This document shows, piece after piece, positions 7,724 to 16,475 of a DNA stretch of 22,661 nucleotides; the first letter of the stretch is position 1, and each line of letters opens with the position of its first letter. This stretch comes from an uncultured Fibrobacterota bacterium. Its GTDB lineage: Bacteria; Fibrobacterota; OXYB2-FULL-49-7; JAEUSG01. Under the pieces are notes generated by a model. It saw only the letters and a list, made by a program, of their open reading frames with translations. It ran no database searches and was not told where the DNA came from. Location: positions 1-22,661 of the forward strand of contig CAZPWS010000051.1 in NCBI GenBank assembly GCA_964590225.1. Reading direction: 5' to 3'. Position numbers and translations under genes: made by a program.

Positions 7724-8145
7724 AGATATTGTTTCTTTGTACAGGAAATTCCTGTAGAAGCCAAATGGCTGAAGGGTGGGCACGATACTTAAAAGGGGAT
7801 ATTATTGAAGCATATTCTGCGGGAATTGAAACACACGGTCTTAACCCAAATGCAGTGAAAATAATGGCTGAAGCTGGGGTTGATATTTCAAACCATGCAT
7901 CAAAAAATGTTCGGGATTTAATGCACATTAAATTCGATTATGTAGTAACTGTTTGTGGCCACGCCAACGAAAACTGCCCTTTTTTTCCCGGAAAAGCAAA
8001 AATTGTTCATAAAGGATTTGATGACCCACCGCAACTTGCAAATAACTCAAGAAATGAAGAGGAAGCGTTAAATCACTATAGACGGATAAGAGATGAGATT
8101 AGAGATTTTATAAAGCAGCTCCCAGAAAATCTTTCCACTTTATAG
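7702..8145 (+). CDS. arsC: thioredoxin-type arsenate reductase (LMW protein tyrosine phosphatase family)
   Basis: ATG 7702 preceded by GGAG; P-loop ILFLCTGNSCRSQMAEGWAR and C-terminal redox pair VVTVCGHANENCPFFPGKAK. The ORF track start at 7660 is probably too far upstream. Confidence 0.94.
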   Translation: MYNKEKLKILFLCTGNSCRSQMAEGWARYLKGDIIEAYSAGIETHGLNPNAVKIMAEAGVDISNHASKNVRDLMHIKFDYVVTVCGHANENCPFFPGKAKIVHKGFDDPPQLANNSRNEEEALNHYRRIRDEIRDFIKQLPENLSTL

Positions 8146-8162
8146 TTTACAAAGGATTAACT

Positions 8163-9242
8163 ATGGAAAACAATAAAAATATTGGCATAAATTTTTTTGA
8201 AAAATATCTCACTGTTTGGGTCATACTTTGTATGATTACAGGGGTCTTAATTGGTAAATTTTTACCAGCCATACCTGCCTTTCTTTCAAATTTTGAATAT
8301 GCGCGAGTCTCTATTCCCATCGCCATCCTCATCTGGTTAATGATTTATCCAATGATGATGAAAGTTGATTTCGCAAGTATTAAAGATGTTGGCAAGAATC
8401 CAAAAGGATTGTTTTTAACATGGATCATAAACTGGTTGGTTAAGCCATTTACAATGTATGCGATTGCATGGTTTTTTTTCTACATTGTATTCAAAAACAA
8501 TATCTCCCCCGACCTTGCAAAGAGCTATTTAGCCGGAGCTATTCTGCTTGGCGCTGCACCATGTACGGCTATGGTATTTGTCTGGAGCCATTTAACAAGA
8601 GGCAACCCTGCTTATACGGTAGTACAGGTTGCAACAAACGATATTATAATTCTTGTAGCATTCACACCAATAGTCGGATTTCTTCTTGGTATTAGCAACA
8701 TTGTTATTCCATGGAACACTTTACTCCTGTCTATGGTTCTTTTTGTTGTTTTTCCTCTTACAGGAGGCATAGTCACAAGATTATTGATTGTAAAAAATAA
8801 AGGCGAGGAGTACTTTACAAAATCATTTATACCAAAGTTCAGCAGTGTAACAATCGGGGGGTTGCTTCTTACGCTGATTCTGATCTTTTCGTTTCAGGGA
8901 GAAATTATTCTTAATAAACCTCTCCACATATTCATTATTGCTATCCCGTTAATAATCCAGACCGTTTTAATATTCTTTATTGCCTATTTGGTAGCCCGAA
9001 AACTAAGACTGCCACATAATATCGCAGCTCCTGCCGGAATGATCGGCGCGTCAAACTTTTTTGAACTTGCTGTTGCTGTTGCAATCGCACTTTTTGGAGC
9101 AACCTCCCCAGCTGTGCTTGCCACAATTGTTGGGGTTCTGGTAGAAGTTCCTATAATGTTAATGCTGGTACAAGTAGCAAATAAAACGGCGTATCTTAGT
9201 ACTCAAAACTCCACCAGTACCAAGCATTTAGACCTACACTGA
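8163..9242 (+). CDS. acr3: Acr3-family arsenite efflux transporter
   Basis: 359 aa; YLTVWVILCMITGVLIG, LIWLMIYPMMMKVDFASI, LGAAPCTAMVFVWSHLTRGNPAYTVVQVATND, GMIGASNFFELAVAVAIALFG. Confidence 0.95.
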   Translation: MENNKNIGINFFEKYLTVWVILCMITGVLIGKFLPAIPAFLSNFEYARVSIPIAILIWLMIYPMMMKVDFASIKDVGKNPKGLFLTWIINWLVKPFTMYAIAWFFFYIVFKNNISPDLAKSYLAGAILLGAAPCTAMVFVWSHLTRGNPAYTVVQVATNDIIILVAFTPIVGFLLGISNIVIPWNTLLLSMVLFVVFPLTGGIVTRLLIVKNKGEEYFTKSFIPKFSSVTIGGLLLTLILIFSFQGEIILNKPLHIFIIAIPLIIQTVLIFFIAYLVARKLRLPHNIAAPAGMIGASNFFELAVAVAIALFGATSPAVLATIVGVLVEVPIMLMLVQVANKTAYLSTQNSTSTKHLDLH

Positions 9243-9876
9243 TATCTTTTTCCTTTATGCCACTTATTGGAAATGAAATCGCCCAATTGTGTGGGGTTTC
9301 TTTTATGCCAAACCAAAATCCCGGATCAATCGAGAAGGTTATTGCCGTTGCAGCAGTGCCGTAACTTTTGGCTGGATTAAATTCAAGAAACGGATAAAAC
9401 TGATCAGGAATTGATTTATAAACTATGCCAAAACTCGCCCAGACCGTTCCCTCGCTAAAGTCAGAGGCCGAAAGGTCAAGCGCTGCATTTAATTCTAATA
9501 CGACTTTACTAAACTCCTTATTCAAGTGATATTGCGGAGAAAAAGACCAATTATCAAAATCGGTACCAATTTTAAGAGCAAGGACATTGCTTTCATTTAA
9601 CGCAAATCGGGGCATTACCTCAACACCACCCCATGAAAAATCGTTTAACGGTGAGATCTTTGAGAGATTAACTATTGCGTCAAACCTTTCGCCAATCCCA
9701 AAAGCTGTGTTAATATCCAGAGTTGAAGAGCCAAAATCTGAGATACCTCCTCCCCAGATTGTTGGTGCAATGGCAAGTGTTCTATTGCCGGTCATTGTTG
9801 TCCACGCGGTATAGGTGTAACAAAAAGAGAGCGATACCATAGCAATAAGTAGTAGATATATCTTCTTGGCTAACAT
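9196..9876 (-). CDS. outer-membrane beta-barrel-like protein of unknown function
   Basis: ORF track 9915-9196; likely ATG 9876 (GAAAGGAATTAC upstream) gives signal-like MLAKKIYLLLIAMVSLSF; alternating beta-strand pattern and terminal aromatic residue (SFEY). Confidence 0.65.
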   Translation of the reverse strand: MLAKKIYLLLIAMVSLSFCYTYTAWTTMTGNRTLAIAPTIWGGGISDFGSSTLDINTAFGIGERFDAIVNLSKISPLNDFSWGGVEVMPRFALNESNVLALKIGTDFDNWSFSPQYHLNKEFSKVVLELNAALDLSASDFSEGTVWASFGIVYKSIPDQFYPFLEFNPAKSYGTAATAITFSIDPGFWFGIKETPHNWAISFPISGIKEKDISVGLNAWYWWSFEY

Positions 9877-9955
9877 GTAATTCCTTTCAGATTTAAATGG
9901 ATTCTTTTCAACCATGCAAATATACGGTATTGATGGGCATCGTGCTCATGGTATT

Positions 9956-10447
9956 TTAAGTATGATGATAAGCCATCTTCAGCGCCATCGCAACTTCAGG
10001 ACAGGTAAGCGGGTTTGTATATTTAGTGCAATTAATACAGCCCAAATAAATTTTATTGTAAAGATGTTTTTTTGAAATTCTTCTGAATCCAAGTTTGCTG
10101 AAAAATTTTGGCGAAAAGGTAAGAAGAATTATTTTTGTTGGTCGCAACTCCCTGATATGTTCAATAACCCGTTCTACAAGAGCTCGCCCAATGCCATGTT
10201 TATGAAGGCCTTTTTTTACGCATAAAGATACAATTTCAATTATATGCTCCGTCTCTTTGCCAACTTCTGGCAAAACCTTGTAAGCCACAACTCCGACAAT
10301 TTCTTTTTCTTCTCTATAAACAAAAAAACGGTCGATATTTATTGTTATATCCGAAATAGATCTCGGAAGCACCTCAACCGGATACTCTTTTATCAAATGA
10401 TAAATATCAAAAACATCCTTGAAAAATGCCTTCTCAACAGCACCCAT
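9956..10447 (-). CDS. GNAT N-acetyltransferase, short N-acetylglutamate synthase (ArgA)-like
   Basis: 163 aa; IIEIVSLCVKKGLHKHGIGRALVERVIEHIRE acetyl-CoA motif; C-terminal GCINCTKYTNPLTCPEVAMAL. Confidence 0.78.
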   Translation of the reverse strand: MGAVEKAFFKDVFDIYHLIKEYPVEVLPRSISDITINIDRFFVYREEKEIVGVVAYKVLPEVGKETEHIIEIVSLCVKKGLHKHGIGRALVERVIEHIRELRPTKIILLTFSPKFFSKLGFRRISKKHLYNKIYLGCINCTKYTNPLTCPEVAMALKMAYHHT

Positions 10448-10459
10448 TTACACCCCCTC

Positions 10460-11227
10460 TTAACTGATCATACTTTTTAATATCGAGAGGCTCGATAATC
10501 TAATATTTCGTCCGAAAGAAACACCAAGAAAAGAATCGATAATTTTGCTTATTACATCTGTATCGATAAATGCAACCAGATGGAGATTATCTGCTGTAGC
10601 TGTTACAAGGGCAGTGATCTCATTAAGTGTTTCTCGCTTTACCCAAATTGTATCAGATTCTAATTTATAGCATTTGTTGCAAACGCATCCTCCATGCGAA
10701 ATCACAATTGCTATCCGCTCAATAAAATTTGTTTCTCCACATTTTACACATTTATTTAGCACCGGCTCTCCACCCATAATCCGTAAAAAATGAATTATAA
10801 AAAGCCAAGCTGCCTTAAGCAGCCAGCAAGGTTCATACTTAACTTTTTTATCAAGCCTCTCAAGATAGGCTTTTACAAGCTTGAAAAGAGCACGCTGTTC
10901 TGCTCCTGCATGAACTGTGTTGAAAACAAGTTCTATTGCGCTTTCTGCAGCGGTTATTTTGTCACAGTCGTTTCTTATATGCGAGTAATAATTTATAATT
11001 AACGCACTGGAAAGGGGTAAGACCTCCCTATTTCTGCTTGCAGATGCGGTAAATTCGCAAAAAGCAAATGGTTCAAGTGCTCCGCGAAATGGTGAATTTT
11101 TCCTAAAGGCTCCCCGTGCAGAAAAGGTAACAAGTCCGTGGTTTTCAGTCAAAACAGAAATAATCGCACTGCTTTCCGCAAAGCGGGTAACTTTAAGAAT
11201 TAGTCCCCGATGAATTAAATTTTCCAT
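10460..11227 (-). CDS. recO: DNA repair protein RecO
   Basis: 255 aa; N-terminal RGLILKVTRFAESSAIISVLTENHGLVTFSARGAFRKNSPFRGALEPF, and cysteines VNKCVKCGETN...HGGCVCNKCY. Confidence 0.85.
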   Translation of the reverse strand: MENLIHRGLILKVTRFAESSAIISVLTENHGLVTFSARGAFRKNSPFRGALEPFAFCEFTASASRNREVLPLSSALIINYYSHIRNDCDKITAAESAIELVFNTVHAGAEQRALFKLVKAYLERLDKKVKYEPCWLLKAAWLFIIHFLRIMGGEPVLNKCVKCGETNFIERIAIVISHGGCVCNKCYKLESDTIWVKRETLNEITALVTATADNLHLVAFIDTDVISKIIDSFLGVSFGRNIRLSSLSILKSMIS

Positions 11228-11304
11228 TAGTAGAAGAATCTAAATTGTTGCACACTACTGTGAAAAGACTCATCAGAAGATTAACATAATGTATTTTTAT
11301 ATTT

Positions 11305-13305
11305 GTGGTTATTCCTTTTTTTTTACTCCTAACAGCAGTAGCATTTACTCAAACAGCGAATCGTGATACTTCGTTTGTAGTTGATGTTAATGGGCATGAA
11401 AATGAGCTTGTGTGGCAACATAATAGCAATAGCCGTAGGATTTTAAAGATTGATCGCGCTGCAGCTATTTATGGACAAAAAGGCATTCAGATAATACGGG
11501 ATCTCAGCAAGAGCGCAGAGGGGTATTTAACGCAAAGTACGCTGTTTATAAAAGAGTCATGGCAAAGATTTTACTTTTGCATCGACTCCATAATTCCGGG
11601 CCAAGATTCCTTATATAAAAATCATTTGATATTCCTCCAATACATGGTTTCAGAAAAACTAGGCCCTCAGCAACCCGACAATATTGTTTTCTTTACCATA
11701 GTAAATAATGCACCAGAAAAGACAAATTTGCTAACCATAAGCAGCATCGGCATATCAAAAAAAGAACCATTAGTATGTGCCAATTTTCCGCTAACTACTG
11801 GTAAACCATATTGCGTTGAAAGCAGGCTAACTTTTTTCTCGACGGATAGTGTTGAGCTTGTTTTTTGGATAGATGGAATTGAGATCGGCAATTGCCGGAT
11901 TGCCTACCATTTCCCAAAGGAAGAATTCCGCGTCACCGTATCCAACCAGGGATGGATGGACTTCTGTAAATGGTATCTCTCTTTCGATGAATTTGTTTTT
12001 TCCGATAAACGAATTATGGGGCTGCCAAAACCCCCTACAAATATCGCCATCAATATTTCCGGCAATAGCGCATGGATAAAATTTCCTCCATTTAGATCTA
12101 CTTACCTTAATGAGAGCGCTGTTTCGATTCAGAGTACCCTCTTTAGACACGATGAATCAGACTTTCCAATTTATAATTCAGTGGATCCGGTTAGCGTATA
12201 TTTAAATGATTACCTAATTCCTGCTCTGTTAGACAGCGGAAATTTTCTGTATCGCGTACGGTATCTTAATAACTTTGGCAAATGGAGCGACTGGACAAAT
12301 AGAGTTATACACATCGATTCTGCAAGGACAGTAAATGTAAAAATTGAACAAGTGGTAATTACAGAAGCCGGTTTTAAAACAGTCACCAACGAAATAACTC
12401 CTGGTAAATGGTACGACATCAATCTTCATATTGATGCTAAAATTGCGTGGAAAGACATTGCCTACACACTTATTTGGCTAAACGATACCAGCTACACTTT
12501 TGGGCACGCATTAAATAAAGGCGGGAGGTTCTTTAAAGAGTCAAGTTATATTCTGAACCTTTCCATGCTCGACCACAACTATCTTCTTTTTGAAAAAGAG
12601 AGGGAAAACTCAGGAAGATCAATATGCCTGCCTCCGGAAACCACCGGTAAATATCTTGACGGGACTAAAAATGGCTTTGCTGTTGATACCATAAGCGGCC
12701 ACATTAGACTCCGATTCCGGCTCCTTGAGCAATCAAACAAGGGGGCGTGGTCTGTTTCTACCGTAGTCGCTTATCGTAATAAGAAGGAGGAAATCCCAAA
12801 TAAAAAGGAAAAAACTACTGATAATTTTTCTAATATTTACCGTTTTAAGATTTATGTAAATGACAAGGAAAATGATAAGCCGTATAGTATAATTCTACTG
12901 CTTTCTTTTTCCGGCATAGCATTAGCACTGCTAATATACCGCCAAAAACGATCTCTTAAAGGACAAAGTGAATTAACCATGCCTATTATTAATGCAAAGC
13001 TGCTTGATTATATTGATAATAATCTATCCGAAAAGCTAAGCGCCGAAAAAGCATACAAAGATCTTAAGATGCGAAAGCACCTCTTTTATAAAATGCTTCG
13101 CGATTCCGGAATAACATCTTTTCCAAATTTTGTAAATGCACGAAGAATCGAGAAAGCAAAAGCCCTTCTTAAAGACCAGACCAAAAACATCACTGAAATA
13201 GGCTACTTGGTTGGTTTCGAAAACACTGCCTATTTTATAAAGCTATTTAAAGACATTGAAAAATGCACACCAAAAGAGTATCAATTGGCACAAAACAGAT
13301 ACTAA
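11305..13305 (+). CDS. membrane-tethered AraC-family regulator with large N-terminal extracytoplasmic domain
   Basis: 666 aa, GTG start; late TM segment PYSIILLLSFSGIALALLIY followed by C-terminal AraC HTH (KDLKMRKHLFYKMLRD..FVNARRIEKAKALLKDQTKNITEIGYLVGFENTAYFIKLFKDIEKCTPKEYQ); N-terminal beta-rich region. Confidence 0.85.
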   Translation: MVIPFFLLLTAVAFTQTANRDTSFVVDVNGHENELVWQHNSNSRRILKIDRAAAIYGQKGIQIIRDLSKSAEGYLTQSTLFIKESWQRFYFCIDSIIPGQDSLYKNHLIFLQYMVSEKLGPQQPDNIVFFTIVNNAPEKTNLLTISSIGISKKEPLVCANFPLTTGKPYCVESRLTFFSTDSVELVFWIDGIEIGNCRIAYHFPKEEFRVTVSNQGWMDFCKWYLSFDEFVFSDKRIMGLPKPPTNIAINISGNSAWIKFPPFRSTYLNESAVSIQSTLFRHDESDFPIYNSVDPVSVYLNDYLIPALLDSGNFLYRVRYLNNFGKWSDWTNRVIHIDSARTVNVKIEQVVITEAGFKTVTNEITPGKWYDINLHIDAKIAWKDIAYTLIWLNDTSYTFGHALNKGGRFFKESSYILNLSMLDHNYLLFEKERENSGRSICLPPETTGKYLDGTKNGFAVDTISGHIRLRFRLLEQSNKGAWSVSTVVAYRNKKEEIPNKKEKTTDNFSNIYRFKIYVNDKENDKPYSIILLLSFSGIALALLIYRQKRSLKGQSELTMPIINAKLLDYIDNNLSEKLSAEKAYKDLKMRKHLFYKMLRDSGITSFPNFVNARRIEKAKALLKDQTKNITEIGYLVGFENTAYFIKLFKDIEKCTPKEYQLAQNRY

Positions 13306-14186
13306 CCAATTTTAGATTCAGTCGTAGCAGCTACTATTTCGCGTGCTGCGTCAACTAACGCTTCCGAGATATCGTTGGTAGGTATCCATTTCGCAAACTT
13401 AACGGGGTCATTAATAGAAGCGAAGGAGTCCAATTTTCGCATTACTGCTGCATCAACCCCTTTGCTTTTCAGCATTTGTGAAAGTTCCGTTGTGGTTGAT
13501 TCGAGTGCTTCAAAATTATATCTCGCCCCAAGAAAGCGCCTTAGTATTTCTGACAGTTTAAGATGGAATTCCTTAACCTCTCCCTTATCGAGATGGTGTG
13601 CCGAAATAAGTCCTTCAATTTCCCTATTGAATACATTTAAAGGAGGTTCCGGCGGAGGGGGCGGAGGGACAAAAACTTTTCGCCTCTTTCTTACGAAGCG
13701 GTCGAATAATAGAAGCGAAACAATCAGTAATACTACTACAAGAACGATTACAACCCAAAATAAACGGGAAAGTGGCAAAGAGAGAGGACCATGTATGTCT
13801 TGTATATCCGCTGTATCACTTGGCAACAAAGATGATTTGACAATAACACTAACCGAATCAGTAAGTTTTTTGATAGCAGTATCTGTTGCCAAAATAACAA
13901 CAAGTTGCGGAACAACTACGGTTCCCAATTTAAACACTTGAAGGCTATACTGTTTTTTTTCGATTATCCGGCCATTTTTTTCCTCCTGCTCTGCTCGCAT
14001 GTCTCTTAACTCAAAATCTCCAAAGGAAGCATCAGGAGCGGGAAAGAGCAGTTTTTCGTTTTTGTCCCTTTCTGCGGTCAGAGTAAGAGTTAACAATTCG
14101 CCCAGTTGAAGCGAGGTTCTGTCAACCGACCTTGTTAATTCAAAGCCCTGTATATGAAGAATCAGCAATAGGATTACTATTATCAT
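13302..14186 (-). CDS. BatD/oxygen-tolerance-like single-pass membrane protein
   Basis: 294 aa; beta-rich N-terminus (RTSLQLGELLTLTLTAERD..), central TM segment LFWVVIVLVVVLLIVSLLLF, proline run PPPPPPEPP, cytoplasmic helical C-terminus. Confidence 0.55.
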   Translation of the reverse strand: MIIVILLLILHIQGFELTRSVDRTSLQLGELLTLTLTAERDKNEKLLFPAPDASFGDFELRDMRAEQEEKNGRIIEKKQYSLQVFKLGTVVVPQLVVILATDTAIKKLTDSVSVIVKSSLLPSDTADIQDIHGPLSLPLSRLFWVVIVLVVVLLIVSLLLFDRFVRKRRKVFVPPPPPPEPPLNVFNREIEGLISAHHLDKGEVKEFHLKLSEILRRFLGARYNFEALESTTTELSQMLKSKGVDAAVMRKLDSFASINDPVKFAKWIPTNDISEALVDAAREIVAATTESKIG

Positions 14187-14271
14187 ACGGTAATAAAATT
14201 ACATTAAAATCTCCATTGACTTCAAGCAATAGCTTTTATTGTTCCCAATCACTTACTATATTACACGGTAT

Positions 14272-14475
14272 ATGAGTAAAAAAATTTTTATATCGTTAGC
14301 TGCTTTTATATTTCTATCAAAGTGCTCTTCGGAAACAGGAAAAATAGACCACGCAAAATTCGAAATAGAACAGGGCAATTTCGCTTCTGCGCGCCGTTAC
14401 CTTGCAGCTGTGGACTCTACCTCTCCTCTTTTCAGATCGGCGGATTCAATTCTTAAATCAATAGAGGGACGATGA
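14272..14475 (+). CDS. small putative lipoprotein
   Basis: ATG 14272: MSKKIFISLAAFIFLSKCSSETGK (signal plus imperfect lipobox); ATGA overlap with ftsX. The ORF track start at 14239 (TTG) is upstream of it. Confidence 0.6.
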   Translation: MSKKIFISLAAFIFLSKCSSETGKIDHAKFEIEQGNFASARRYLAAVDSTSPLFRSADSILKSIEGR

Positions 14476-15320
14476 GAAAACTCTCCTTTATTCTGAGTGA
14501 AGCGCTGAGAAATCTTATGCATAATAAGTTTATGACGCTTGTCGTAATAGTAAACATCTCAATTTCCCTTTATTTCGCCTCTGTTTTTATGACCTCTTTT
14601 CTCCATTTGAGCCGGCTGATAGGCGATGCCGAAGATCGAATAAGCCTTGAGGTCTTTCTTGAGGACGATAAAACCGACACTGCAATAGTTCGCAGCGACA
14701 TAATGGCAACAACTGGCATTGCTTCGCTCCGTTACATCTCAAAACAGGAGGCTCGCGATATATTCGTTAAAGAAGTTGGCAGCGAAATACTTAATGCCGT
14801 TGAAGGCAACCCTCTTCCTGCATCTTTTCGCTGCGCTATTCTTCCCGAATACCGTACGCCCGAAAAAATTGCTGTTATAAGAAATTCACTTAAAGGCATT
14901 AAGCAGGTCGAAGATGTAAGCGAAATGCGAGGATGGGTACCGTTGTTGCAAAAAGTTAGAAGGATATTCGCTGCGGTTTCTCTTGTAGCAATCTCAATTC
15001 TTAGTATGACAATATTTTTCACGGTCTTCTCAACTATACGCCTCGCATATCAGTCACGACATGAACATATAAAGGTTATGTCTCTTGTTGGTGCATCAGA
15101 ATTCGATATCAAGATGCCCTTTATTATTGGAGGGGGAATACAGGGATTTTGCGGTGGCCTTTTATCCGTTGCAGCTCTTTATATCACAATCCATTTCGCT
15201 CGTAAATTTATAAGCGGAATAGTGTATGATCCACGAATACCCTTAATTCTTGTTATTACCGGATTTCTTCTTGGAACACTTGCCAGTTTTCGCTCAATAC
15301 CTACGGAGGAGCGGGTTTAA
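14472..15320 (+). CDS. ftsX: cell-division ABC transporter permease-like protein FtsX
   Basis: 282 aa; N-terminal TM, extracytoplasmic loop (ISLEVFLEDDKTD..IRNSLKGIKQVEDV), C-terminal TM bundle with FTVFSTIRLAYQSRHEHIKVMSLVGASEFDIKMPFIIGG. Confidence 0.88.
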   Translation: MRKLSFILSEALRNLMHNKFMTLVVIVNISISLYFASVFMTSFLHLSRLIGDAEDRISLEVFLEDDKTDTAIVRSDIMATTGIASLRYISKQEARDIFVKEVGSEILNAVEGNPLPASFRCAILPEYRTPEKIAVIRNSLKGIKQVEDVSEMRGWVPLLQKVRRIFAAVSLVAISILSMTIFFTVFSTIRLAYQSRHEHIKVMSLVGASEFDIKMPFIIGGGIQGFCGGLLSVAALYITIHFARKFISGIVYDPRIPLILVITGFLLGTLASFRSIPTEERV

Positions 15321-15322
15321 TT

Positions 15323-16474
15323 TTGTTTATTCAATCGTTAGTTTTAGTTGTTATGCTTGCATTTTCTGCCGCCTTCACTGACGACGATATTGACAACAGG
15401 CGTAAAGAACTTGAATCAATAAAAAAAGATATCGATAAAAATAGGTCGGAAATAAAAAAACTCTCTTCAAGAGAGAGTAATCTCATGAACCTTTTAAAAC
15501 GACTCGATAATGATATAGCATTAATTACAAGATACATGAAAAAACTTGATGATCAGGAATTAGCGCTAAAGAAAGATGTAAATTATACTGAATTTTTGCT
15601 TAATAAAACATCCGGCAATCTTGATGAAAGAAAGTCTTTATTAAAAAAAAGAATAAGAAATATTTACAAAAAAGGACGCTATGACGACCTTGATCTTCTT
15701 TTTAATTCGGCCTCTGTCTCCGATTACCTGAGGCGCAATGCTTTTTTTCGTTACATAGCTGATAGCGACCGCGCTCTTATAAAGGGTATAACCAAGAAGC
15801 AGACAGAATACGAGAATATCAAAAATCGGCTCGAAAATAGACTTTCCGATGTTCACGCGGTGCGAAATGAAAGAGAGAAAGAGCAGATTTCCCTTGAGAA
15901 GCAAAAAAATGCACGGGCAAAAGTACTTAACGAAGTAAAAGGAAAAAAGGGAGAATATACGCGGCAAGTAAGAGAGCTTGAACAGCGACAAGCTGAAATC
16001 AACAAAATCATAGCTGCTCTTCAGTCAGCAAGAAGGAAAAAGACAGCTGTCCCACTAAGCGCCAACTTCGGAGAATTTGGCAAATTAAGAGGCTCCATGC
16101 CATGGCCAGTTAAGGGAAACATAATCAAGCCTTTTGGAACAAACATCCATCCTGTTTATAAAACGCGTACCGTAAACAATGGTGTCGATTTTGAAACCGA
16201 TGATGGAGCTCCGGTTATTTCCGTTGCTAATGGTGAAGTTGCATACACCGGTGTTTTGGGCAGCTTCGGCAATATTGTAATCATTGAGCATAGTGACGGT
16301 TTTTACACCCTTTACGCAAACCTTGAGAAAATAAGAGTAAAAAAAGGGGAAAAGGTCGGTGCTAAAAGTATAATTGGTTCAACCGGATCGACATCTTCTA
16401 TTGACGGAGCAAAACTTCATTTCGAATTACGCCGAGAGAGAAGCGTAATGGATCCAACGAACTGGCTTGAATAA
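15323..16474 (+). CDS. EnvC-like murein hydrolase activator (coiled coil + M23/LytM domain)
   Basis: 383 aa, TTG start with upstream GGAGGA; signal peptide; long coiled coil; C-terminal LytM domain PVKGNIIKPFGTN..NNGVDFETDDGAPVISVANGEVAYTGVLGSFGNIVIIEHSDGFYTLYANL..LHFELRRERSVMDPTNWL. Confidence 0.9.
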   Translation: MFIQSLVLVVMLAFSAAFTDDDIDNRRKELESIKKDIDKNRSEIKKLSSRESNLMNLLKRLDNDIALITRYMKKLDDQELALKKDVNYTEFLLNKTSGNLDERKSLLKKRIRNIYKKGRYDDLDLLFNSASVSDYLRRNAFFRYIADSDRALIKGITKKQTEYENIKNRLENRLSDVHAVRNEREKEQISLEKQKNARAKVLNEVKGKKGEYTRQVRELEQRQAEINKIIAALQSARRKKTAVPLSANFGEFGKLRGSMPWPVKGNIIKPFGTNIHPVYKTRTVNNGVDFETDDGAPVISVANGEVAYTGVLGSFGNIVIIEHSDGFYTLYANLEKIRVKKGEKVGAKSIIGSTGSTSSIDGAKLHFELRRERSVMDPTNWLE

Positions 16475-16475
16475 T

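Noticed and set aside
8468-8695. 75-aa plus-strand ORF within acr3
   Set aside because: Out-of-frame shadow of a strongly supported transporter gene.
9918-9955. Possible terminator around ATGGGCATCGTGCTCAT downstream of the GNAT gene
   Set aside because: Stem of only about 7 bp with a wobble pair, 3-nt loop and no U-tract on the appropriate strand.
13645-13675. G-rich tract (ggaggttccggcggagggggcggaggg), possible G-quadruplex or repeat
   Set aside because: Explained by the poly-proline codons of the minus-strand BatD-like protein; G-runs are too irregular to claim a quadruplex without testing.
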